Of a stretch of 64,000 bases of DNA, positions 36,401 through 48,400 are shown piece by piece. The stretch is from Eimeria praecox (lineage: Eukaryota), in NCBI GenBank assembly GCA_963920595.1, contig OY986948.1, forward strand, positions 5,208,001 through 5,272,000, written 5' to 3'. Under the pieces are notes generated by a model. It was not told where the DNA came from, ran no database searches, and saw only the letters and a list, made by a program, of their open reading frames with translations. Within the stretch, counting starts at the first letter, position 1. The number at the start of each line of letters is the position of its first letter. Position numbers and translations under genes: made by a program.

Positions 36401-39400
36401 AGCTCTAGCACATGGATTGGTTTGTGGCTAGAGCGATGGATGCTGGTGTGGGAAGTGTTTGAATGGAGTTGGGTATTGGTGGTGGCGAATAATGTTGTAG
36501 TGTATGCGTTGGATGCATTCTGGGGAGGCTTGAGGGCGTGTAGGGTGAAGAGTAGAGCGTGATAGTATATGATGAGTGTCAGTGATTTGATTGTGCTGTT
36601 GTTTGGATGGGCAAGGGGCTGCGGACAGCGAGGGTTGGAGAAGTTGTTATGTCGTTGTTTGAGGTGTGTGTTCAGGAGCAGCAAGTGGGTTTGGTGATGA
36701 GCAAGGACTAGGATACATTTCGGGTGGTTTGTGTTTGATGGTTTGTGTATGGTGGGGATGTTGGAAGTTGGGTGGATGTTTGCTGGGTGTTGGATGGTTT
36801 AGATTTGTGTTGCGTTATGTCAGCTCTAGCACATGGATTGGTTTGTGGCTGGAGCGATGGATGCTGGTGTGGGAAGTGTTTGAGTGGAGTTGGGTATTGG
36901 TGGTGGCCAATAATGTTGTATTGTATGCATTGGATGTAGTGTGGGGAGGCCTGAGGGCGTGCAGGGTGAAGAGTAGAGCGTGATAGTATATGATGAGTGT
37001 CAGTGATTTGATTGGGCTGTTGTTTGGATGGGGAATGGGCTGGGGACCGTGATTGTTGGAGAAGTTGTTATGTCGTTGTTTGAGGTGTGTGTTCAGGAGC
37101 AGCAAGTGGGTTTGGCGATGAGCAAGGACTAGGATACATTCCGGGTGGTTTGTGTTTGATGGTTTGTGTATAGTGGGGGATGTTGGAAGTTGGGTGGATG
37201 TTTGCTGGGTGTTGGGTGGTTTAGATTTGTGATGCGTTATGTCAGCTCTAGCACATGGAGTGGTTTGTGGCTAGAGCGATGGATGCTGGTGTGGGAAGTG
37301 TTTGAGTGGAGTTGGGTATTGGTGGTGGCGAATAATGTTGTATTGTATGCGTTGGATGTAGTGTGGGGAGGCTTGAGGGCGTGTAGGGTGAAGAGTAGAG
37401 CGTGATAGTATATGATGAGTGTCAGTGGTTTGATTGCGCTGTTGTTTGGATGGGGAATAGGCAGGGGACCGTGAGGGTTGGAGAAGTTGTTATGCCGTTG
37501 TTTGAGGTGTGTGTTCAGGGGCAGCAAGTGGGTTTGGTGATGAGCAAGGACTAGGATACATTCCGGGTGGTTTGTGTTTGATGGTTTGTGTCTGGTGGGG
37601 ATGTTGGAAGTTGGGTGGATGTTTGCTGGGTGTTAGATGTTTTAGATTTGTGTTGCGTTATGTCAGCTCTAGCACATGGAGTGGTTTGTGGCTGGAGCGG
37701 TGGGTTCTGGTGTGGGAAGTGTTTGAGTGGAGTTGGGTATTGGTGGTGGCGAATAATGTTGTATTGTATGCGTTGGATGTAGTGTGGGGAGGCTTGAGGG
37801 CGTGCAGGGTGAAGAGTAGAGCGTGATAGTATATGATGAGTGTCAGTGGTTTGATTGCGCTGTTGTTTAGATGGGGAATAGGCAGGGGACAGTGATTGTT
37901 GGAGAAGTTGTTATGTCGTTGTTTGAGGTGTGTGTTCAGGGGCAGCAAGTGGGTTTGGTGATGAGCAAGGACTAGGATACATTTCGGGTGGTTTGTGTTT
38001 GATGGTTTGTGTATGGTGGGGATGTTGGAAGTTGGGTGGATGCTTGCTGGGTGTTGGGTGGTTTAGATTTGTGTTGCGTTATGTCAGCTCTAGCACATGG
38101 AGTGGTTTGTGGCTAGAGCGATGGATGCTGGTGTGGGAAGTGTTTGAGTGGAGTTGGGTATTGGTGGTGGCGAATAATGCGGTTGTGTATGCGTTGGATG
38201 CAGTGTGGGGAGGCTTGAGGGCGTGTAGGGTGAAGAGTAGAGCGTGATAGTATATGAAGAGTGTCAGTGATTTGATTGGGCTGTTGTTTAGATGGGGAAT
38301 GGGCTGAGGACAGTGATTGTTGGAGAAGTTGTTATGTCGTTGTTTGAGGTGTGTGTTCAGGAGCAGCAAGTGGGTTTGGCGATGAGCAAGGACTAGGATA
38401 CATTCCGGGTGGTTTGTGTTTGATGGTTTGTGTATGGTGGGGGATGTTGGAAGTTGGGTGGATGTTTGCTGGGTGTTGGATGGTTTAGATTTGTGTTGCG
38501 TTATGTCAGCTCTAGCACATGGAGTGGTTTGTGGCTGGAGCGGTGGGTGCTGGTGTGGGAAGGGTTTGAGTGGAGTTGGGTATTGGTGGTGGCGAATAAT
38601 GTTGTAGTGTATGCGTTGGATGCAGTGTGGGGAGGCTTGAGGGCGTGTAGGGTGAAGAGTAGAGCGTGATAGTATATGATGAGTGTCAGTGATTTGATTG
38701 TGCTGTTGTTTGGATGGGCAAGGGGCTGGGGACAGTGATTGTTGGAGAAGTTGTTATGTCGTTGTTTGAGGTGTGTGTTCAGGAGCAGCAAGTGGGTTTG
38801 GTGATGAGCAAGGACTAGGATACCTTCCGGGTGGTTTGTGTTTGATGGTTTGTGTCTGGTGGGGATGTTGGAAGTTGGGTGGATGCTTGCTGGGTGTTAG
38901 ATGTTTTAGATGTGTGTTGCGTTATGTCAGCTCTAGCACATGGATTGGTTTGTGGCTGGAGCGGTGGGTTCTGGTGTGGGAAGTGTTTGAGTGGAGTTGG
39001 GTATTGGTGGTGGCGAATAATGTTGTAGTGTATGCGTTGGATGTAGTGTGGGGAGGCTTGAGGGCATGCAGGGTGAAGAGTAGAGCGTGAGAGTATATGA
39101 TGAGTGTCAGTGGTTTGATTGCGCTGTTGTTTGGATGGGGAATAGGCAGGGGACCGTGAGGGTTGGAGAAGTTGTTATGCCGTTGTTTGAGGTGTGTGTT
39201 CAGGGGCAGCAAGTGGGTTTGGTGATGAGCAAGGACTAGGATACATTCCGGGTGGTTTGTGTTTGATGGTTTGTGTATAGTGGGGGATGTTGGAAGTTGG
39301 GTGGATGTTTGCTGGGTGTTGGATGGTTTAGATTTGTGTTGCGCTGTGTCAGCTCTAGCACATGGATTGGTTTGTGGCTGGAGCGGTGGGTTCTGGTGTG

Positions 39401-42400
39401 GGAAGTGTTTGAGTGGAGTTGGGTATTGGTGGTGGCGAATAATGTTGTAGTGTATGCGTTGGATGCAGTGTGGGAAGGCTTGAGGGCGTGTAGGGTGAAG
39501 AGTAGAGCGTGATAGTATATGATGAGTGTCAGTGATTTGATTGGGCTGTTGTTTGGATGGGGAATGGGCTGGGGAAAGTGTTTGTTGGAGAAGTTGTTAT
39601 GTCGTTGTTTGAGGTGTGTGTTCAGCAGCAGCAAGTGGGTTTGGTGATGAGCAAGGACTAGGATACATTCCGGGTGGTTTGTGTTTGATGGTTTGTGTCT
39701 GGTGGGGATGTTGGAAGTTGGGCGGATGTTTGCTGGGTGTTGGATGGTTTAGATTTGTGTTGCGTTATGTCAGCTCTAGCACATGGATTGGTTTGTGGCT
39801 GGAGCGGTGGGTTCTGGTGTGGGAAGTGTTTGAGTGGAGTTGGGTATTGGTGGTGGCGAATAATGCGGTTGTGTATGCGTTGGATGCAGTGTGGGGAGGC
39901 TTGAGGGCGTGTAGGGTGAAGAGTAGAGCGTGATAGTATATGAAGAGTGTCAGTGATTTGATTGGGCTGTTGTTTAGATGGGGAATGAGCTGGGGACAGT
40001 GATTGTTGGAGAAGTTGTTATGTCGTTCTTTGAGGTGTGTGTTCAGGAGCAGCAAGTGGGTTTGGTGATGAGCAAGGACTAGGATACATTCCGGGTGGTT
40101 TGTGTTTGATGGTTTGTGTCTGGTGGGGATGTTGGAAGTTGGGTGGATGTTTGCTGGGTGTTGGATGGTTTAGATTTGTGTTGCGTTATGTCAGCTCTAG
40201 CACATGGATTGGTTTGTGGCTGGAGCGGTGGGTTCTGGTGTGGGAAGTGTTTGAGTGGAGTTGGGTATTGGTGGTGGCGAATAATGCGGTTGTGTATGCG
40301 TTGGATGCAGTTTGGGGAGGCTTGAGGGCGTGTAGGGTGAAGAGTAGAGCGTGATAGTATATGAAGAGTGTCAGTGATTTGATTGGGCTGTTGTTTAGAT
40401 GGGGAATGAGCTGGGGACAGTGATTGTTGGAGAAGTTGTTGTGTCGTTGTTTGAGGTGTGTGTTCAGGAGCAGCAAGTGGGTTTGGTGATGAGCAAGGAC
40501 TAGGATACATTCCGGGTGGTTTGTGTTTGATGGTTTGTGTCTGGTGGGGATGTTGTAAGTTGGGTGGATGTTTGCTGGGTGTTGGGTGGTTTAGATTTAT
40601 GCTGCGTTATGTCAGCTCTAGCACATGGAGTGGTTTGTGGCTGGAGCGGTGGGTTCTGGTGTGGGAAGTGTTTGAGTGGAGTTGGGTATTGGTGGTGGCG
40701 AATAATGTTGTAGTGTATGCGTTGGATGCAGTGTGGGAAGCCTTGAGGGCGTGTAGGGTGAAGAGTAGAGCGTGATAGTATATGATGAGTGTCAGTGATT
40801 TGATTGGGCTGTTGTTTAGATGGGGAATGAGCTGGGGACAGTGATTGTTGGAGAAGTTGTTATGTCGTTGTTTGAGGTGTGTGTTCAGGAGCAGCAAGTG
40901 GGTTTGGTGATGAGCAAGGACTAGGATACATTCCGGGTGGTTTGTGTTTGATGGTTTGTGTATGGTGGGGATGTTGGAAGTTGGGTGGATGTTTGCTGGG
41001 TGTTGGATGGTTTAGATTTGTGTTGCGTTATGTCAGCTCTAGCACATGGATTGGTTTGTGGCTGGAGCGGTGGGTTCTGGTGTGGGAAGTGTTTGAGTGG
41101 AGTTGGGTATTGGTGGTGGCGAATAATGCGGTTGTGTATGCGTTGGATGCAGTGTGGGGAGGCTTGAGGGCGTGTAGGGTGAAGAGTAGAGCGTGATAGT
41201 ATATGAAGAGTGTCAGTGATTTGATTGGGCTGTTGTTTAGATGGGGAATGAGCTGGGGACAGTGATTGTTGGAGAAGTTGTTATGTCGTTGTTTGAGGTG
41301 TGTGTTCAGGAGCAGCAAGTGGGTTTGGTGATGAGCAAGGACTAGGATACATTCCGGGTGGTTTGTGTTTGATGGTTTGTGTCTGGTGGGGATGTTGGAA
41401 GTTGGGTGGATGTTTGCTGGGTGTTGGATGGTTTAGATTTGTGTTGCGTTATGTCAGCTCTAGCACATGGAGTGGCTTGTGGCTGGAGCGGTGGGTTCTG
41501 GTGTGGGAAGTGTTTGAGTGGAGTTGGGTATTGGTGGTGGCGAATAATGCGGTTGTGTATGCGTTGGATGCAGTTTGGGGAGGCTTGAGGGCGTGTAGGG
41601 TGAAGAGTAGAGCGTGATAGTATATGAAGAGTGTCAGTGATTTGATTGGGCTGTTGTTTAGATGGGGAATGAGCTGGGGACAGTGATTGTTGGAGAAGTT
41701 GTTATGTCGTTGTTTGAGGTGTGTGTTCAGGAGCAGCAAGTGGGTTTGGTGATGAGCAAGGACTAGGATACATTCCGGGTGGTTTGTGTTTGATGATTTG
41801 TGTCTGGTGGGGATGTTGGAAGTTGGGTGGATGTTTGCTGGGTGTTGGATGGTTTAGATTTGTGTTGCGTTATGTCAGCTCTAGCACATGGAGTGGTTTG
41901 TGGCTGGAGCGGTGGGTTCTGGTGTGGGAAGTGTTTGAGTGGAGTTGGGTATTGGTGGTGGCGAATAATGCGGTTGTGTATGCGTTGGATGCAGTTTGGG
42001 GAGGCTTGAGGGCGTGTAGGGTGAAGAGTAGAGCGTGATAGTATATGAAGAGTGTCAGTGATTTGATTGGGCTGTTGTTTAGATGGGGAATGAGCTGGGG
42101 ACAGTGATTGTTGGAGAAGTTGTTGTGTCGTTGTTTGAGGTGTGTGTTCAGGAGCAGCAAGTGGGTTTGGTGATGAGCAAGGACTAGGATACATTCCGGG
42201 TGGTTTGTGTTTGATGGTTTGTGTCTGGTGGGGATGTTGGAAGTTGGGTGGATGTTTGCTGGGTGCTGGGTGGTTTAGATTTATGCTGCGTTATGTCAGC
42301 TCTAGCACATGGAGTGGTTTGTGGCTGGAGCGGTGGGTTCTGGTGTGGGAAGTGTTTGAGTGGAGTTGGGTATTGGTGGTGGCGAATAATGTTGTAGTGT

Positions 42401-45400
42401 ATGCGTTGGATGCAGTGTGGGAAGCCTTGAGGGCGTGTAGGGTGAAGAGTAGAGCGTGATAGTATATGATGAGTGTCAGTGATTTGATTGGGCTGTTGTT
42501 TAGATGGGGAATGAGCTGGGGACAGTGATTGTTGGAGAAGTTGTTATGTCGTTGTTTGAGGTGTGTGTTCAGGAGCAGCAAGTGGGTTTGGTGATGAGCA
42601 AGGACTAGGATACATTCCGGGTGGTTTGTGTTTGATGGTTTGTGTATGGTGGGGATGTTGGAAGTTGGGTGGATGTTTGCTGGGTGTTGGATGGTTTAGA
42701 TTTGTGTTGCGTTATGTCAGCTCTAGCACATGGATTGGTTTGTGGCTGGAGCGGTGGGTTCTGGTGTGGGAAGTGTTTGAGTGGAGTTGGGTATTGGTGG
42801 TGGCGAATAATGCGGTTGTGTATGCGTTGGATGCAGTGTGGGGAGGCTTGAGGGCGTGTAGGGTGAAGAGTAGAGCGTGATAGTGTATGAAGAGTGTCAG
42901 TGATTTGATTGGGCTATTGTTTAGATGGGGAATGGGCTGGGGACAGTGATTGTTGGAGAAGTTGTTATGTCGTTGTTTGAGGTGTGTGTTCAGGAGCAGC
43001 AAGTGGGTTTGGTGATGAGCAAGGACTAGGATACATTCCGGGTGGTTTGTGTTTGATGGTTTGTGTCTGGTGGGGATGTTGGAAGTTGGGTGGATGTTTG
43101 CTGGGTGTTGGATGGTTTAGATTTGTGTTGCGTTATGTCAGCTCTAGCACATGGATTGGTTTGTGGCTGGAGCGGTGGGTTCTGGTGTGGGAAGTGTTTG
43201 AGTGGAGTTGGGTATTGGTGGTGGCGAATAATGCGGTTGTGTATGCGTTGGATGCAGTGTGGGGAGGCTTGAGGGCGTGTAGGGTGAAGAGTAGAGCGTG
43301 AGAGTATATGATGAGTGTCAGTGATTTGATTGGGCTGTTGTTTAGATGGGGAATGAGCTGGGGACAGTGATTGTTGGAGAAGTTGTTATGTCGTTGTTTG
43401 AGGTGTGTGTTCAGCAGCAGCAAGTGGGTTTGGTGATGAGCAAGGACTAGGATACATTCCGGGTGGTTTGTGTTTGATGGTTTGTGTATGGTGGGGATGT
43501 TGGAAGTTGGGTGGATGTTTGCTGGGTGTTGGGTGGTTTAGATTTATGCTGCGTTATGTCAGCTCTAGCACATGGAGTGGTTTGTGGCTGGAGCGATGGA
43601 TGCTGGTGTGGGAAGTGTTTGAGTGGAGTTGGGTATTGGTGGTGGCGAATAATGTTGTATTGTATGCGTTGGATGTAGTGTGGGGAGGCTTGAGGGCGTG
43701 TAGGGTGAAGAGTAGAGCGTGATAGTATATGATGAGTGTCAGTGGTTTGATTGCGCTGTTGTTTGGATGGGGAATGGGCTGGGGACAGTGTTTGTTGGAG
43801 AAGTTGTTATGTCGTTGTTTGAGGTGTGTGTTCAGGAGCAGCAAGTGGGTTTGGTGATGAGCAAGGACTAGGATACATTCCGGGTGGTTTGTGTTTGATG
43901 GTTTGTGTATGGTGGGGATGTTGGAAGTTGGGTGGATGTTTGCTGGGTGTTGGGTGGTTTAGATTTATGCTGCGTTATGTCAGCTCTAGCACATGGAGTG
44001 GTTTGTGGCTGGAGCGGTGGGTTCTGGTGTGGGAAGTGTTTGAGTGGAGTTGGGTATTGGTGGTGGCGAATAATGTTGTATTGTATGCGTTGGATGTAGT
44101 GTGGGGAGGCTTGAGGGCGTGTAGGGTGAAGAGTAGAGCGTGAGAGTATATGAAGAGTGTCAGTGATTTGATTGCGCTGTTGTTTGGATGGGGAATGGGC
44201 TGGGGACAGTGTTTGTTGGAGAAGTTGTTATGCCGTTGTTTGAGGTGTGTGTTCAGGAGCAGCAAGTGGGTTTGGTGATGAGCAAGGACTAGGATACATT
44301 CCGGGTGGTTTGTGTTTGATGGTTTGTGTCTGGTGGGGATGTTGGAAGTTGGGTGGATGTTTGCTGGGTGTTGGACGGTTTAGATTTGTGTTGCGTTATG
44401 TCAGCTCTAGCACATGGATTGGTTTGTGGCTGGAGCGGTGGGTTCTGGTGTGGGAAGTGTTTGAGTGGAGTTGGGTATTGGTGGTGGCGAATAATGCGGT
44501 TGTGTATGCGTTGGATGCAGTGTGGGGAGGCTTGAGGGCGTGTAGGGTGAAGAGTAGAGCGTGATAGTGTATGAAGAGTGTCAGTGATTTGATTGGGCTG
44601 TTGTTTAGATGGGGAATGAGCTGGGGACAGTGATTGTTGGAGAAGTTGTTGTGTCGTTGTTTGAGGTGTGTGTTCAGGAGCAGCAAGTGGGTTTGGTGAT
44701 GAGCAAGGACTAGGATACATTCCGGGTGGTTTGTGTTTGATGGTTTGTGTCTGGTGGGGATGTTGGAAGTTGGGTGGATGTTTGCTGGGTGTTGGGTGGT
44801 TTAGATTTATGCTGCGTTATGTCAGCTCTAGCACATGGAGTGGTTTGTGGCTGGAGCGGTGGGTTCTGGTGTGGGAAGTGTTTGAGTGGAGTTGGGTATT
44901 GGTGGTGGCGAATAATGTTGTATTGTATGCGTTGGATGTAGTGTGGGGAGGCTTGAGGGCGTGTAGGGTGAAGAGTAGAGCGTGAGAGTATATGAAGAGT
45001 GTCAGTGATTTGATTGGGCTGTTGTTTGGATGGGGAATGGGCTGGGGACAGTGTTTGTTGGAGAAGTTGTTATGCCGTTGTTTGAGGTGTGTGTTCAGGA
45101 GCAGCAAGTGGGTTTGGTGATGAGCAAGGACTAGGATACATTCCGGGTGGTTTGTGTTTGATGGTTTGTGTATGGTGGGGATGTTGGAAGTTGGGTGGAT
45201 GTTTGCTGGGTGTTGGACGGTTTAGATTTGTGTTGCGTTATGTCAGCTCTAGCACATGGATTGGTTTGTGGCTGGAGCGGTGGGTTCTGGTGTGGGAAGT
45301 GTTTGAGTGGAGTTGGGTATTGGTGGTGGCGAATAATGCGGTTGTGTATGCGTTGGATGCAGTGTGGGGAGGCTTGAGGGCGTGTAGGGTGAAGAGTAGA

Positions 45401-48400
45401 GCGTGATAGTGTATGAAGAGTGTCAGTGATTTGATTGGGCTATTGTTTAGATGGGGAATGGGCTGGGGACAGTGATTGTTGGAGAAGTTGTTATGTCGTT
45501 GTTTGAGGTGTGTGTTCAGGAGCAGCAAGTGGGTTTGGTGATGAGCAAGGACTAGGATACATTCCGGGTGGTTTGTGTTTGATGGTTTGTGTCTGGTGGG
45601 GATGTTGGAAGTTGGGTGGATGTTTGCTGGGTGTTGGATGGTTTAGATTTGTGTTGCGTTATGTCAGCTCTAGCACATGGATTGGTTTGTGGCTGGAGCG
45701 GTGGGTTCTGGTGTGGGAAGTGTTTGAGTGGAGTTGGGTATTGGTGGTGGCGAATAATGCGGTTGTGTATGCGTTGGATGCAGTGTGGGGAGGCTTGAGG
45801 GCGTGTAGGGTGAAGAGTAGAGCGTGAGAGTATATGATGAGTGTCAGTGATTTGATTGGGCTGTTGTTTAGATGGGGAATGAGCTGGGGACAGTGATTGT
45901 TGGAGAAGTTGTTATGTCGTTGTTTGAGGTGTGTGTTCAGGAGCAGCAAGTGGGTTTGGTGATGAGCAAGGACTAGGATACATTCCGGGTGGTTTGTGTT
46001 TGATGGTTTGTGTCTGGTGGGGATGTTGGAAGTTGGGTGGATGTTTGCTGGGTGTTGGGTGGTTTAGATTTATGCTGCGTTATGTCAGCTCTAGCACATG
46101 GAGTGGTTTGTGGCTGGAGCGGTGGGTTCTGGTGTGGGAAGTGTTTGAGTGGAGTTGGGTATTGGTGGTGGCGAATAATGTTGTATTGTATGCGTTGGAT
46201 GTAGTGTGGGAAGGCTTGAGGGCGTGTAGGGTGAAGAGTAGAGCGTGAGAGTATATGATGAGTGTCAGTGATTTGATTGGGCTGTTGTTTGGATGGGGAA
46301 TGGGCTGGGGACAGTGTTTGTTGGAGAAGTTGTTATGCCGTTGTTTGAGGTGTGTGTTCAGGAGCAGCAAGTGGGTTTGGTGATGAGCAAGGACTAGGAT
46401 ACATTCCGGGTGGTTTGTGTTTGATGGTTTGTGTATGGTGGGGATGTTGGAAGTTGGGTGGATGTTTGCTGGGTGTTGGATGGTTTAGATTTGTGTTGCG
46501 TTATGTCAGCTCTAGCACATGGATTGGTTTGTGGCTGGAGGGGTGGGTTCTGGTGTGGGAAGTGTTTGAGTGGAGTTGGGTATTGGTGGTGGCGAATAAT
46601 GTTGTATTGTATGCGTTGGATGTAGTGTGGGGAGGCTTGAGGGCGTGTAGGGTGAAGAGTAGAGCGTGATAGTATATGATGAGTGTCAGTGATTTGATTG
46701 GGCTGTTGTTTGGATGGGGAATGGGCTGGGGAAAGTGTTTGTTGGAGAAGTTGTTATGCCGTTGTTTGAGGTGTGTGTTCAGCAGCAGCAAGTGGGTTTG
46801 GTGATGAGCAAGGACTAGGATACATTCCGGGTGGTTTGTGTTTGATGGTTTGTGTATGGTGGGGATGTTGTAAGTTGGGTGGATGTTTGCTGGGTGTTGG
46901 ATGGTTTAGATTTGTGTTGCGTTATGTCAGCTCTAGCACATGGAGTGGTTTGTGGCTGGAGCGGTGGGTTCTGGTGTGGTAAGTGTTTGAGTGGAGTTGG
47001 GTATTGGTGGTGGCGAATAATGTTGTAGTGTATGCGTTGGATGCAGTGTGGGAAGCCTTGAGGGCGTGTAGGGTGAAGAGTAGAGCGTGATAGTATATGA
47101 TGAGTGTCAGTGATTTGATTGGGCTGTTGTTTAGATGGGGAATGGGCTGGGGACAGTGTTTGTTGGAGAAGTTGTTATGCCGTTGTTTGAGGTGTGTGTT
47201 CAGCAGCAGCAAGCGGGTTGGGTGATGAGCAAGGACTAGGATACATTCCGGGTGGTTTGTGTTTGATGGTTTGTGTCTGGTGGGGATGTTGGAAGTTGGG
47301 TGGATGTTTGCTGGGCGTTGGATGGTTCAGATTTGTGTTGCGTTATGTCAGCTCTAGCACATGGATTGGTTTGTGGCTGGAGCGGTGGGTTCTGGTGTGG
47401 GAAGTGTTTGAGTGGAGTTGGGTATTGGTGGTGGCGAATAATGCGGTTGTGTATGCGTTGGATGCAGTGTGGGGAGGCTTGAGGGCGTGTAGGGTGAAGA
47501 GTAGAGCGTGATAGTATATGAAGAGTGTCAGTGATTTGATTGGGCTGTTGTTTAGATGGGGAATGAGCTGGGGACAGTGATTGTTGGAGAAGTTGTTATG
47601 TCGTTGTTTGAGGTGTGTGTTCAGCAGCAGCAAGTGGGTTTGGTGATGAGCAAGGACTAGGATACATTCCGGGTGGTTTGTGTTTGATGGTTTGTGTCTG
47701 GTGGGGATGTTGGAAGTTGGGTGGATGTTTGCTGGGTGTTGGGTGGTTTAGATTTATGCTGCGTTATGTCAGCTCTAGCACATGGAGTGGTTTGTGGCTG
47801 GAGCGGTGGGTTCTGGTGTGGGAAGTGTTTGAGTGGAGTTGGGTATTGGTGGTGGCGAATAATGTTGTATTGTATGCGTTGGATGTAGTGTGGGAAGGCT
47901 TGAGGGCGTGTAGGGTGAAGAGTAGAGCGTGAGAGTATATGATGAGTGTCAGTGATTTGATTGCGCTGTTGTTTGGATGGGGAATGGGCTGGGGACAGTG
48001 TTTGTTGGAGAAGTTGTTATGCCGTTGTTTGAGGTGTGTGTTCAGGAGCAGCAAGTGGGTTTGGTGATGAGCAAGGACTAGGATACATTCCGGGTGGTTT
48101 GTGTTTGATGGTTTGTGTATGGTGGGGATGTTGGAAGTTGGGTGGATGTTTGCTGGGTGTTGGATGGTTTAGATTTGTGTTGCGTTATGTCAGCTCTAGC
48201 ATATGGATTGGTTTGTGGCTGGAGGGGTGGGTTCTGGTGTGGGAAGTGTTTGAGTGGAGTTGGGTATTGGTGGTGGCGAATAATGTTGTATTGTATGCGT
48301 TGGATGTAGTGTGGGAAGGCTTGAGGGCGTGTAGGGTGAAGAGTAGAGCGTGATAGTATATGATGAGTGTCAGTGATTTGATTGGGCTGTTGTTTGGATG

